A stretch of DNA of 64,000 nucleotides, from assembly GCA_026195275.1 (NCBI GenBank), contig JAPHQU010000002.1:69964-133963 (forward strand). The letters run 5' to 3'. Origin of the DNA: Minisyncoccota bacterium. Lineage in GTDB: Bacteria > Patescibacteriota > Minisyncoccia > Phycocordibacterales > JABMNX01. The notes below the pieces were generated by a model that had not been told where the DNA came from, did not search any database, and saw only the letters and a list, made by a program, of their open reading frames with translations. The position numbers were made by a program, and so were the translations under genes. Shown here in pieces: positions 29,201-38,458 of this stretch (position 1 is its first letter; each line of letters begins with the position of its first letter).

Positions 29201-29914
29201 GCACATGTCTCGGGAACTGTCTCAGAGATCAGGCAAGAAGGTAAGGAGAGGATCGTTGTACTACTACCAGATGAGGGAAGTAAGACTGCCAAGAAGAAAG
29301 ACATTGAATATACGATACATCACCTTCGAACACCAACAGTCAAAGAAGGGAGTCGTGTCGAGAAAGGTCAGCTTATGACCGATGGCTCTGCCGATATCAC
29401 CGAACTCTTCACCTATGCCGGCAAGGAGGTAGCGCAGAAATACATCATTAATGAAGCAACGAAGATTTATGAACTTCAGGGTGTAACCATCTCACGAAAG
29501 CACATTGAGGTTATCGTGAAGCAAATGTTCTCACGGCAGAAGATCAAGAGCCAGGGGGATTCATCGTTCGTTGTGGGTGATATTATCGAAGAAGCTGAGC
29601 TTGTTGCCGAGAATGAGGCGCTTAAAGCGGCAGGAAAGAGTCCGGCAACTGCGGAGCCGCTGGTCCTTGGTATCACTGAGGTGTCGCTCTCACGAAAGAG
29701 CTTCCTCTCTGCCGCTTCCTTCCAAAATACAACACGTATCCTCATTAACGCAGCTACGCGTGGTAGTGTTGATCACCTCAGAGGTCTTAAGGAGAACGTT
29801 ATCATCGGTCGTCTGATTCCGGCTGGAACCGGGTTCCCCGGCAGTCCAAAGTTTGAGATGGTTGATGAGCTCCAGAAGAAGATCCGTCAGACCGAAGAGA
29901 TTGACGAAGCGTAG
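26246..29914 (+). CDS. rpoC: DNA-directed RNA polymerase beta' subunit
   Basis: Zinc-binding [23 protein letters not shown], the [12 protein letters not shown] catalytic motif, and a length of 1222 aa. Confidence 0.95.
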   Translation: MKKDSHTKQDFDTISLRLASPDRILEWSHGEVTKPETINYRTQRAEKNGLFDEKIFGPEKDFECYCGKYRGIRFKGIVCEKCGVEVTRSIVRRERMGHIELATPVSHIWFLRGIPSRIALILGLSASDVEKVVYFAGYIITKVSENERGRLLKELDTEYKTKVKAVSDAKTKTKLKELFTQTKKDIEGIATGIVLGEATYHTYSVKFGGLFEAEIGAEAIYNIFKNTDLGKLAQTLEERFEKAGAVERVKLNKRLSLIRSMAGAELRPEWMFMTRLPVIPPMLRPMVALEGGRHASSDINDLYRRVINRNNRLKKLIDINAPDVILRNEKRILQEAVDALLDNSIRHGNTAFSAMSQSHRRPLKSLSDYLKGKQGYFRGNLLGKRVDYSGRSVIVVGPHLKLDECGLPKHMALELFRPFVISQLLQKELAYNIRGAGRLIDDGIPEVWAILEDVIKDKHVLLNRAPTLHRQGIQAFRPQLIEGNAIQLHPLVCSAFNADFDGDQMAVHVPLSEEAQLEAREIMSANKNILKPGSGEVVTSPRQDIILGCYWMTKIVEGERGEGKYFPTPNNAITAYDFGAVGFRARVKILPTDSKKYEQFDGKVFETSVGRLLFNSVLPSDYPFINDEMTNKKMSVLVDSLIEQYGLDGISDILDKIKAFGFKYATYSGITWSLSDLIVPEKKKEIIAGAKKKSEEIILQYNEGLLSTTERHRMSVENWMQAKNDIEKLLPDSLDPNGSINDMLVSGARGSISQLSQMAGMKGLIQNPRGETIEFPIVASMKEGLSPIEYFITTHGSRKGLTDTALQTAKAGYLTRRLFDVAQDAIVSEDDCKSKESVRITHESASGIQVSIARDIVGRYLAENALDKDGKVLYKKGDLVGPKEAREIEEGGAEEVFVRSPMTCKSRHGVCRACYGTDMSHGGIVELGEAVGTVAAQAIGEPGTQLTMRTFHAGGIASAGGDITHGLPRVEEVFEKRSPKNSAAIAHVSGTVSEIRQEGKERIVVLLPDEGSKTAKKKDIEYTIHHLRTPTVKEGSRVEKGQLMTDGSADITELFTYAGKEVAQKYIINEATKIYELQGVTISRKHIEVIVKQMFSRQKIKSQGDSSFVVGDIIEEAELVAENEALKAAGKSPATAEPLVLGITEVSLSRKSFLSAASFQNTTRILINAATRGSVDHLRGLKENVIIGRLIPAGTGFPGSPKFEMVDELQKKIRQTEEIDEA

Positions 29915-30037
29915 TCTCACGCCCGCAGGGTTTCGGTGTTCTTTCCTTTTTGAAAGTTTGTAGCCCGCCAGCTCTGATCTGTCGGCCTATCAAAACAGAT
30001 TGCGTTACACGGAGCGCACCCTAGACGTCTAGATGTT

Positions 30038-31768
30038 ATGCCATCACCAGTAGAACAGATCAAAGAAAGACTCGGTATTGTTGATGTTGTATCAGTGTAT
30101 GTAAAGTTGCAGAAGGCGGGCAAGAATTACAAAGGTCTCTCTCCCTTCAGCAACGAGAAAACTCCATCTTTCTACGTCTCGCCCGAGCGAGACATGTACT
30201 ACTGCTTTTCGACAAATCAAGGAGGCGACGTGTTCACTTTTGTGGAGAAGATGGAGGGTGTGGATTTTGCCGGAGCGCTCAAGATCCTTGCTGAGCGTGC
30301 CGGAGTCGAGTTGGTTCACGAGAGCAAAGAAGTGCGCGATAAACGCACACGACTCTACGATATCCTTGAGAAAGCGAGTGCGTTTTACACACACACGCTG
30401 AAGCGAAGTGACGCCGCGTCCGCCTATGTAGCCTCGCGTGGCATTAGCGACAAATCAATTGCTCACTTCGGGATAGGTTTTGCGCAAAATGAGTGGCGTA
30501 CGCTCTACGATCATCTTAAGCAAAGCGGCTACAGCGAAGACGACCTTATTGCTGCGGGGCTACTCAAGCGCGCGGAGGCAACAGACGGCACGCGGTATTA
30601 CGATACGTTTCGCGGCAGAATCATGTTTCCGATTCGCGATAGTGCAGGACGCACCATTGGATTCTCGGGGAGAATCCTTCCTGAGTATGATGACGGGAAG
30701 ACAGGGAAGTATATTAACAGTCCGGAGACCGAGTTGTTCAATAAATCAAAAGCGCTCTTCGGGTATGATCTTGCGAAGGGGGGGATTAAGAAGTTCAACT
30801 TCTCAGTTCTTGTTGAAGGGCAGATGGATGTTGTCTTGTCACATCAGGCAGGATACACCAACACGGTTGCTGTCTCAGGGACTGCGCTCACCTCTGAACA
30901 ACTCACGCTTCTCGGACGCCTATCAAAGAACATTGTAATGGCCTTTGATGCCGATCGTGCGGGAGTGGCATCTGCAGGGCGCGGTGCAACCCTCGCGCTT
31001 GCGCGCGGCATGGACGTAAAGGTGGCGCGCCTACCCGAAGGGGTCGACCCGGCAGACGCGATCCTTAAGGATCCGGAGATGTGGAAAGTTGCCATCCGTG
31101 AGGCAACACACATCGTTGATTTTTATCTTACTCTTCTCCGCGAATCAAAAGGTGATAATGAACGGAAATTCAGACTAGCCGTCCATGAAACAGTGTTGCC
31201 GTTTGTCGCGCAGATCCACAACAAGATAGACCAGACCTACTTTCTGCAGAAGGTTGCACGAGAACTCGGAGTCTCAGAAGAGATTGTTCGTGAGGAAATG
31301 GCTCGTTCTCTCAACGACGCAACAGGACTGCCGGCGACCACACAAGATCAAGAGACAAAGACAGAAACTCCGCGACGAGAAACCGCTGAAGAGAAGCTCT
31401 TGCAGATTATTATGTGGCAGGAGTCGCTTGCTGAGCCGCAGATTGATCTTGCGGGACTGAAGGAGAAATTTCAGGAGGTTGTCGGTGAAGATCGGTTCAA
31501 AGAGTTAAAGAGTGCCACTGAGGCGACGAGGCAGCAACAAATATTCAAAACAGAACTTCTCTACGACGACTCACATCAACTAAAGGAAGACATAGAAGAA
31601 TTACTACATCATCTGACCTACCGCACCACGAAGCGTGAGCTTGAGGAGACCACAAGGGAACTCCGGGAGGCAGAGTCATCGGGAGACGTTGAAGCATCAT
31701 CTCGCCTATTAGAGAAGATTCAAGAGATCGCCAATAAGTTGAAATCTTTCATTGGCAAAAAATATTAA
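30038..31768 (+). CDS. dnaG: DNA primase
   Basis: CHC2 zinc finger (YKGLSPFSNEKTPSFYVSPERDMYYCFSTNQGGDVFTF) and the TOPRIM motif EGQMDV. Confidence 0.9.
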   Translation: MPSPVEQIKERLGIVDVVSVYVKLQKAGKNYKGLSPFSNEKTPSFYVSPERDMYYCFSTNQGGDVFTFVEKMEGVDFAGALKILAERAGVELVHESKEVRDKRTRLYDILEKASAFYTHTLKRSDAASAYVASRGISDKSIAHFGIGFAQNEWRTLYDHLKQSGYSEDDLIAAGLLKRAEATDGTRYYDTFRGRIMFPIRDSAGRTIGFSGRILPEYDDGKTGKYINSPETELFNKSKALFGYDLAKGGIKKFNFSVLVEGQMDVVLSHQAGYTNTVAVSGTALTSEQLTLLGRLSKNIVMAFDADRAGVASAGRGATLALARGMDVKVARLPEGVDPADAILKDPEMWKVAIREATHIVDFYLTLLRESKGDNERKFRLAVHETVLPFVAQIHNKIDQTYFLQKVARELGVSEEIVREEMARSLNDATGLPATTQDQETKTETPRRETAEEKLLQIIMWQESLAEPQIDLAGLKEKFQEVVGEDRFKELKSATEATRQQQIFKTELLYDDSHQLKEDIEELLHHLTYRTTKRELEETTRELREAESSGDVEASSRLLEKIQEIANKLKSFIGKKY

Positions 31769-31789
31769 AGGTGTAATATATATAAAAAT

Positions 31790-33088
31790 ATGGCTACAAA
31801 AAAGAAAGCAGTAAAAAAAGCCCCAAAGAAAACTGCAAAAAAAGCGGTCAAGAAAACACCGAAAAAGAAAATTACACCAAAAAAAGCGGTGAAGAAAGTA
31901 TCCAAAAAAGCAGCAAAAAAGAAGGCGGCTAAGGTGGCACCAAAGAGAAAAGCAACTCCCAAGAAAACGGTAAAGAAAGCAGCGAAGAAGACCACTCGTC
32001 GAACAAAGAAATCAGCAGCAGACATGGAGAAGAAAGCAGAATTGCTCCTCATGCGCGGTCGTGAGCGTGGTTATGTGACGTACGACCAGATCCTTAGGGA
32101 GTTTCCGAAGATCGAAGAAGATGTGCTATTTCTCGAGGAGATGTATGAACGCTTTGCGACCGCAAGCATTGACGTGCTTGAAGGTGGCGGACTTCTTGAG
32201 GCGGGTGTCGAGGATGATGTTTTGGATAAGAAGAATATCTACCGCCGTAGCGATTCATCCTACGACTCAATTCAGATGTATTTACGCGAGATCGGTCAAT
32301 ACCCGCTCCTTACCGCAGAAGAAGAGCGCACGCTCGCAAAGCGTATCACCGAGGGAGATGAGGAGGCAATCAACCTGCTTGCGCGCGCGAACCTACGCCT
32401 TGTGGTCTCAATCGCAAAGAAGTATGTTGGCCGAAGTCCGGACCTCACACTGCTCGACCTTATCCAGGAAGGCAACCTTGGCCTACGTCGTGCAGTTGAT
32501 AAGTTTGATTATACAAAAGGCTACAAGTTCTCAACGTACGCAACGTGGTGGATCCGTCAGGCGATCACACGCGCACTCGCCGACCAGTCGCGCACCATTC
32601 GTATTCCGGTGCATATGGTAGAGACCATTGCCAAATATAAGCAGAAGGTACGCCAGTTGAGTCAGGACCTCGGGCGTGACCCGCTTCCTGAGGAAGTGGC
32701 GGCGGAGATGGGGCTCGATGTTGAGAAGATTCATAATATCGAGAAGATCAACCAGGATACTGTCTCACTCGAGAGTCCGGTTGGGGATGAAGGGGATGAC
32801 AAGTCAACACTTGGTGATTTCATTGCTGACGATAAGATCCTCTCTCCTGATAAGGTTGCCTCACAGCGTATCTTGGCTGATCAGATGCGCGAGGTGCTCG
32901 ATGAACTCTCACCAAAGGAGCGTAAGATCCTTGAGATGCGTCATGGGCTTGAAGACGGTATTTACAATACACTTGAAGAGGTGGGGAAGGAGTTCGGGGT
33001 TACCCGCGAACGTATCCGTCAGATCGAGGCAAAAGCACTCGAGAAGATCCGCACCCACGAGCGCGCCAACCAGCTAAAGAATTACTAA
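31790..33088 (+). CDS. rpoD: RNA polymerase sigma-70 factor with Lys-rich histone-H1-like N-terminal tail
   Basis: The N-terminal ~75 aa is [10 protein letters not shown] repeats. Conserved regions follow: 1.2/2 ([16 protein letters not shown]), 2.4 ([18 protein letters not shown]), 3 and 4 ([16 protein letters not shown]...[19 protein letters not shown]). Confidence 0.9.
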   Translation: MATKKKAVKKAPKKTAKKAVKKTPKKKITPKKAVKKVSKKAAKKKAAKVAPKRKATPKKTVKKAAKKTTRRTKKSAADMEKKAELLLMRGRERGYVTYDQILREFPKIEEDVLFLEEMYERFATASIDVLEGGGLLEAGVEDDVLDKKNIYRRSDSSYDSIQMYLREIGQYPLLTAEEERTLAKRITEGDEEAINLLARANLRLVVSIAKKYVGRSPDLTLLDLIQEGNLGLRRAVDKFDYTKGYKFSTYATWWIRQAITRALADQSRTIRIPVHMVETIAKYKQKVRQLSQDLGRDPLPEEVAAEMGLDVEKIHNIEKINQDTVSLESPVGDEGDDKSTLGDFIADDKILSPDKVASQRILADQMREVLDELSPKERKILEMRHGLEDGIYNTLEEVGKEFGVTRERIRQIEAKALEKIRTHERANQLKNY

Positions 33089-33116
33089 CGCAGTCAGACT
33101 CGTTAGTCTGCGTGAT

Positions 33117-33146
33117 TAAAACACCGGGTTGCGTCTTGGTGTTTTT
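33117..33146 (+). terminator. Probable terminator after rpoD (weak stem aaaacacc...ggtgtttt plus T-run)
   Basis: 6-8 bp stem with a 12-nt loop followed by ttttt. It is weaker than the other hairpins. Confidence 0.35.
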
Positions 33147-33224
33147 ATGACTCGGTAAAGTCGATATATCGGCATACTGTAGTGGTGCAGGCGGTCCAGT
33201 GGGTGCATGATATAATGACCGTTA

Positions 33225-36215
33225 ATGAGCGACGCGCCGACATTTAATACTCTCTATAAAAAGCTCAACGCTGAGCAGAAAAAGGCGGTCGATGCCATTG
33301 AAGGACCTGTCATGGTTGTTGCGGGACCGGGGACGGGGAAGACACAAATCCTTACACTGCGCATTGCAAACATCCTTAAGCAGACCGACGCAGATCCATC
33401 ATCAATACTCGCGCTCACGTTTACGGAAGCGGGTGTTGCCGCGATGCGCAAACGCCTCGTCTCGATGATCGGGGCAGATGGTTATCGGGTTGGTATCCAC
33501 ACTTTCCACGGATTCTGTAACGCGATGATCGGCCGGTATCCGGACGATTTTCCGCGCTTGGTAAGCTCGCAGGCAATCACTGATATCGATAAAATACTCC
33601 TCCTTCATGAGATTCTTGAGTCGACCGAAGGACTCAAGGAGATTCGCCCGTTTTATGACCCAGTGGCGTATACGCGAGACATCGTCGGTGCCATAAGCAC
33701 ACTTAAGCGCGAATACCTCACACCGGAAGAGTTCAAAGATCGGGTCGAGGAAGAGGAGAAGGTGTTTTGGGCACAAGATGATCTCTACAACGAGAAGGGA
33801 ACATACAAAGGCAAAATGAAGACGATGCACCAGCGTGCCCAGAAGCGTATAGAGCGCAACAAAGAACTCGCTCGGGTCTTTGAGACATACGAGGCAGCGC
33901 TTCGTGAGCGAAAACTCTACGACTATGAGGACATGATCTCAGTTGTGGTGCGTCGTCTTGAGGAAAATCGCGATGTATTGCAGCGACTCCAGGAGGAGTT
34001 TCACTATCTGCTTGCCGATGAGCACCAAGACGCGAACGATGCGCAGAACCGATTGTTGGAGCTTCTTGCGGATTTTCATGACAACCCCAACCTCTTCATT
34101 GTGGGCGACGAGAAGCAAGCAATCTTTCGTTTTCAAGGTGCGTCGCTTGAGAATTTCCTCTACTTCAAGAAGAAATACCCGGAAGCGCTTTTGGTGGAGC
34201 TTAAAGACTCGTATCGCTCCGGACAAGTCATTCTTGACGCATCGCACTCACTTATGGAAGGAACTCCCGGGCAAGAAGCGCGCACGCCGCTTGTCTCTTG
34301 TGCGGGAGTGATCGGTGCGACGGTCGAATTGCGGGTATTCTCTGCGGATCAATATGAAGCTGCGTGGGTAGCGCGTGAAGCAGCCCGGCTTGTCGGTGAG
34401 GGGGTTCCTGCGGAGGAGATAGCGATACTTTATCGTACCAACGCTGACGCCGCAGTGTTTGCGCAAGCACTTGAGCGCGAAGCAGTGCCGCATACAGTCG
34501 AATCTAATCGCAATGTGCTAGATGACCCGGCAATCGCGCAATTTGTGATGCTGCTTCGCGCCACTGCACACTACGGGAGCGACGAGTATCTCGCGCGCGT
34601 CCTCCATGCACGCTTCTTAGGGTTTGCGCCGATCGATGTATATCGCGCTCTTAAGTACGCAAGCCGTGAACGCATGCTGCTTCATGACCTCCTTTTGAAT
34701 GAGGAGAAACTCAAAGATGCCAAGGTTGCAGACCCGAAGAAGATGAGTGTTTTTGCAAAGCGGCTCGCAAAGTGGGCTGAGGCGGGGAGTAACGATCCGG
34801 TTCCGGATGTATTCAATCGTATTCTTGATGAGTCGGGTTTTCTTACTCATGCGCTCAACACTACACGTTCAGTCGAGATGATTGAGAAGCTCTCGGGGTT
34901 GGCGCGTAGCACCGAGATGCTCGCTTTAGGTGAGCGTAGTTACACTCTGGGGGATTTGGTGCGACATTTTGATCTGCTCGATGAGTATCGTATTTCAATA
35001 CAAAAAACAGGCGGAGCGCGTGCCGGGCACGGGGTGCGTCTCATGACCGCACATCGATCCAAAGGGCTTGAGTTCGAGCAAGTATTCCTTGTGGGTGCGT
35101 GGGACACACACTGGGGTAATAAGCGAAAGATGGACAAGTTTTCACTACCACTCCGTGGTGCCGATGATGAAGGCGATAACGATGACGAGCGTCGGCTTTT
35201 CTACGTTGCACTCACGCGGGCGAAGGCGCGAGTTGCGATCAGTTATGCATCAAGCGCACTGAGTGGTAGCGAGCGGCTCCCCTCAATATTTCTTGAAGAG
35301 ATGGACGAGAAGGCGGTTGTAAGTGAGAGTATCCGAGAGTTTGAAGAGGCACTCCCTCCGGAGACGTTTCTTGTCGCATCACCCGAGCAAGACGGGTTCT
35401 CGATTGCTGATGGCGAGTACCTTCGCGAGCTTTTCATCGAACAAGGTCTCTCCGTTACTGCGCTCAATAACTATCTCGCGTGCCCATGGCGGTATTTCTA
35501 CAGTAACCTTATCCGCATACCGAAGATACCGACAAAAGACATGATCTTAGGAACGGTGGTACACCAAGCGCTTCGCGCGTTCTTTGATGCGCTCGGAAAA
35601 GGGAAAGTAAAAAAGGATGTTCTTTTGCAAACGTTCCGTGATGCGTTGCTGCATACCACACTCTCAGGGCGTACCTATGATGATGTACTTAAAAAAGGGG
35701 AAGAAGCGCTTTCCGGTTGGTTTGACGCGCATGATTCATGGAGCAAAGAGACGCTCAACGAGTACCGCATCGAGACCACGCTTCCTCTGTCGATTGAGGG
35801 TCTCTCTGAGCTTCGTCTGCGAGGTGATATCGATAAAATGGAGATCTGTGATGATGGTGTGCGAGTTATTGACTACAAGACCGGCAAGCCAAAGTCGCGC
35901 AACGAGATGATGGGGAAGACCAAGGCGCGCGGTGCGGGAGACTACTTCAGGCAACTGGTTTTCTACAGGCTTCTGCTTGATCTTGAAGGCAGGTACACCA
36001 TGAAGGACGGCGCAATCGACTTCATCCAACCGAAGCCGAATGGTACATACACAAGCGAGGTCTTTTCTGTTGAAGAGGATGACGTTGCGGTCCTTCGCGA
36101 TGAGATTGCGCGAGTCTCTCAGGAGATACTCACGCTCTCGTTTTGGGATACCCGCTGCGAAGCGCACAAGAAGGGGGAGTGCGAGTACTGTGCACTACGC
36201 GATCTTATGCAGTAG
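33225..36215 (+). CDS. UvrD/PcrA-family SF1 helicase fused to C-terminal PD-(D/E)XK (RecB/Cas4-like) nuclease domain with Cys cluster
   Basis: Walker A VVAGPGTGKTQIL plus UvrD motifs. The C-terminal part has DYKTGKP, YFRQLVFY and a Cas4/AddB-like cysteine pattern: C in LACPWRYF, then CEAHKKGECEYC. Confidence 0.85.
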   Translation: MSDAPTFNTLYKKLNAEQKKAVDAIEGPVMVVAGPGTGKTQILTLRIANILKQTDADPSSILALTFTEAGVAAMRKRLVSMIGADGYRVGIHTFHGFCNAMIGRYPDDFPRLVSSQAITDIDKILLLHEILESTEGLKEIRPFYDPVAYTRDIVGAISTLKREYLTPEEFKDRVEEEEKVFWAQDDLYNEKGTYKGKMKTMHQRAQKRIERNKELARVFETYEAALRERKLYDYEDMISVVVRRLEENRDVLQRLQEEFHYLLADEHQDANDAQNRLLELLADFHDNPNLFIVGDEKQAIFRFQGASLENFLYFKKKYPEALLVELKDSYRSGQVILDASHSLMEGTPGQEARTPLVSCAGVIGATVELRVFSADQYEAAWVAREAARLVGEGVPAEEIAILYRTNADAAVFAQALEREAVPHTVESNRNVLDDPAIAQFVMLLRATAHYGSDEYLARVLHARFLGFAPIDVYRALKYASRERMLLHDLLLNEEKLKDAKVADPKKMSVFAKRLAKWAEAGSNDPVPDVFNRILDESGFLTHALNTTRSVEMIEKLSGLARSTEMLALGERSYTLGDLVRHFDLLDEYRISIQKTGGARAGHGVRLMTAHRSKGLEFEQVFLVGAWDTHWGNKRKMDKFSLPLRGADDEGDNDDERRLFYVALTRAKARVAISYASSALSGSERLPSIFLEEMDEKAVVSESIREFEEALPPETFLVASPEQDGFSIADGEYLRELFIEQGLSVTALNNYLACPWRYFYSNLIRIPKIPTKDMILGTVVHQALRAFFDALGKGKVKKDVLLQTFRDALLHTTLSGRTYDDVLKKGEEALSGWFDAHDSWSKETLNEYRIETTLPLSIEGLSELRLRGDIDKMEICDDGVRVIDYKTGKPKSRNEMMGKTKARGAGDYFRQLVFYRLLLDLEGRYTMKDGAIDFIQPKPNGTYTSEVFSVEEDDVAVLRDEIARVSQEILTLSFWDTRCEAHKKGECEYCALRDLMQ

Positions 36216-36234
36216 TTTGTCTCTGAGACATACA

Positions 36235-36267
36235 CAAAAAACGCCAGGATGACCCTGGCGTTTTTTT
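36235..36267. terminator. Bidirectional terminator hairpin aacgccagg-atgac-cctggcgtt flanked by A6 / T7
   Basis: Inverted repeat between the convergent helicase and dsbA-like stops, with the same stem ends as the 8.6-kb and 18.77-kb hairpins. Confidence 0.65.
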
Positions 36268-36287
36268 GTGGCTCTCTGGAGCCGTCT

Positions 36288-37010
36288 TTATTGGATAGGC
36301 ACTGCGGGTATACTCTGTGCCCCTGAGTCATCGAGGAGAGTCTCGATGACGCGGCGCATGACTTCGATTGGCTGCGCTCCTTCAATCGGCGCTTGTTGAT
36401 CGCCAACAATGACCACATTGTGTGGGGTACCACGACCGCCGGCAGCAACCACCTCTTCATACTGTCTCTGGACCTTTTCGCGGTACCGACCACTCTCAAG
36501 ACATTCATTGAATGCACCTTCATCAAGCCCTACTGATGTGGCAATCTCGGGGAGTTTGGTGAGATCAAATTGGTTATTTCCGGGGGTCGTACGGTAGAGC
36601 TCATCCGCGAAGTCCCAGAACGCTTGGTTGCCGCCGAGTTCTGCCGCACACTCAGACGCTTCTGCCTGTGTGACCGCCTTAGGGTGGCGAGAGACGATCG
36701 GGAAGTGTCGATAGACCCAGGCGACCTCTCCGCCAGTACCGTATTCGTTCATGATTGCGTGCATGGTTGAGTGAAAATTCTTACAAAACGGACACTCAAA
36801 ATCAGAATATTCAACAATCACCACTTTCGCATCCGGGTTGCCTAAGATGTGGTCGTCGGCCGAGACAGCAGGGACGGCAACCGTCCCTCGTTCTGTGTCG
36901 CCGGTTGATGTGTCGCTCGGCTGGTTTACCATGTAGAGCGCTCCGGCTATGATAAGACCCGCGATTACTATTGCGGCGGGTATAGTATATTTCTTGTCCT
37001 CCATATTCAT
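36288..37010 (-). CDS. DsbA-like thiol:disulfide oxidoreductase (thioredoxin fold, membrane-anchored)
   Basis: N-terminal TM helix, a CPFC active site (EYSDFECPFCKNFH) and a length of 240 aa. Confidence 0.8.
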   Translation of the reverse strand: MNMEDKKYTIPAAIVIAGLIIAGALYMVNQPSDTSTGDTERGTVAVPAVSADDHILGNPDAKVVIVEYSDFECPFCKNFHSTMHAIMNEYGTGGEVAWVYRHFPIVSRHPKAVTQAEASECAAELGGNQAFWDFADELYRTTPGNNQFDLTKLPEIATSVGLDEGAFNECLESGRYREKVQRQYEEVVAAGGRGTPHNVVIVGDQQAPIEGAQPIEVMRRVIETLLDDSGAQSIPAVPIQ

Positions 37011-37055
37011 ATGCTTAGTCTTATATTTACGGTATTATGTAGTGTATCATAACGT

Positions 37056-37853
37056 ATGGATTTTACCTCAGCAATTATCCTCGGCGCAGTACAAGGAATC
37101 ACGGAATTCCTTCCCATTTCTTCTTCGGGGCACCTTATTCTCGCGAGAGAGGCGCTCGGGCTTGAGACATTTTATGGTCTCTCCATAGACGCGGTGCTCC
37201 AATTAGCTACCTCGCTGGCCATTCTGCTTTACTTTTGGCGGGATTTCTGGAAGATGGCAGTATCCGGGTTCAATTGGTTGCGTGGTCGGGTTATTCCGAC
37301 AGAGGAGCGCATTCTTATCATTGCGCTCGTTGTTGGAACGATACCCGCAATCATCTTTGGGCTTTTGCTTGAGGGCATGATGGAGACAACCTTTCGGAGC
37401 GCTGAGCTTGTCGCGTGGACACTTATCCTCGGCGCCGTATTCTTTTTTGTAGCAGAACGACTCGCGAAACAGTCGCGTACACTCAATGTGAAGCGTGGGT
37501 TCTGGATTGGTATGTTCCAAGTGCTCGCACTCATTCCCGGCATGTCCCGTTCAGGCTCAACCATTGCGGGAGGACTCCTCCTTGGTCTTTCGCGCACAGA
37601 CGCTGCACACTTTGGCTTTATGCTTGGTTTTCCAATCATTTTCGGTTCTGGGATGAAAAAACTTCTTGAGTTGGGTGGAAATGGTGGAATCCTCTCAATC
37701 GGTTGGCCGCTTGCTGTCGGTGCAGCAACCGCATTTATTGTCGGTGTCCTTGCGATGCATCTGATGATGCGTTATCTCAAGAACCACACACTTGATGTGT
37801 TCGTAATATACCGCATAGCACTTGCGGTACTCGTATTGTATTTTGTTGCCTAA
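37056..37853 (+). CDS. uppP: Undecaprenyl-diphosphatase
   Basis: GITEFLPISSSGHL and SRSG.TI motifs in a polytopic membrane protein. Confidence 0.9.
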   Translation: MDFTSAIILGAVQGITEFLPISSSGHLILAREALGLETFYGLSIDAVLQLATSLAILLYFWRDFWKMAVSGFNWLRGRVIPTEERILIIALVVGTIPAIIFGLLLEGMMETTFRSAELVAWTLILGAVFFFVAERLAKQSRTLNVKRGFWIGMFQVLALIPGMSRSGSTIAGGLLLGLSRTDAAHFGFMLGFPIIFGSGMKKLLELGGNGGILSIGWPLAVGAATAFIVGVLAMHLMMRYLKNHTLDVFVIYRIALAVLVLYFVA

Positions 37854-38431
37854 AACGGGAGTGAGTGCGTCATCGTTGCGCCCTTGTCTTCATCTCTCTC
37901 CCAGTCTGACGTGTCGAGTGCGATATTCTTTTTTTCTGAGAAATCCATATAACGGAGCTTGCCGTTCTTCATGGCATAGTCGTATACCTCTTTGGTAATC
38001 TTTACATCGTCGAGGCAATATTGGCGAATCTTGTCGATCTCACCCTGTTGCCACCAGCGGATCGCATCAAGCCCGTGTCCGCTCTTTTTCACGCCGAGTG
38101 TTGCTTCAGCGACAGAGTCGAGACGGAGACGTCTCCCGAGTGAGTTTTTTATCTCCTTGAGAAGGTCGAGGCTCTTAATACGCGTGAGATCACCGTGGTA
38201 ATACTTATTAAGCAGGGGGATATCAAAATGGTCTGAGTTGTAGCCAATAAGCATGTCGGTCTGCTCAAGGAGTGGCCAGAGTTGTGGCAACTCTTCTTGT
38301 AAGTATGAGTGGTATGCGTTGGTCTCATAGTCGTAGACACAGACCATAGAGATATCAAGAAGCGCCGGGTCCGCTTTCCCGACATCTTCGAATGTATTTT
38401 TAGTTTCAATATCAAATACAACTTTTCTCAT
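37850..38431 (-). CDS. DEDDy-type 3'-5' exonuclease (RNase H-like fold, DnaQ-like), function unknown
   Basis: Exo I FDIET, Exo II YNSDHFD and Exo III YCLDDVKITKEVYDY motifs. Its stop overlaps the uppP stop by 4 bp, in convergent orientation. Confidence 0.6.
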   Translation of the reverse strand: MRKVVFDIETKNTFEDVGKADPALLDISMVCVYDYETNAYHSYLQEELPQLWPLLEQTDMLIGYNSDHFDIPLLNKYYHGDLTRIKSLDLLKEIKNSLGRRLRLDSVAEATLGVKKSGHGLDAIRWWQQGEIDKIRQYCLDDVKITKEVYDYAMKNGKLRYMDFSEKKNIALDTSDWERDEDKGATMTHSLPF

Positions 38432-38458
38432 TCCGGTAGCGTTATTGGTCTGCGGTGT

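Noticed and set aside
31765-32052. Phe-rich 95-aa - strand ORF
   Set aside because: It is the antisense of the AAA/AAG lysine-codon repeats encoding the RpoD N-terminal tail.
33094-33110. Short hairpin cagact-cgtt-agtctg after rpoD as a terminator
   Set aside because: It has only a 6-bp stem without a U-run. The downstream aaaacacc...ggtgtttt element with a T-run was preferred instead, at low confidence.
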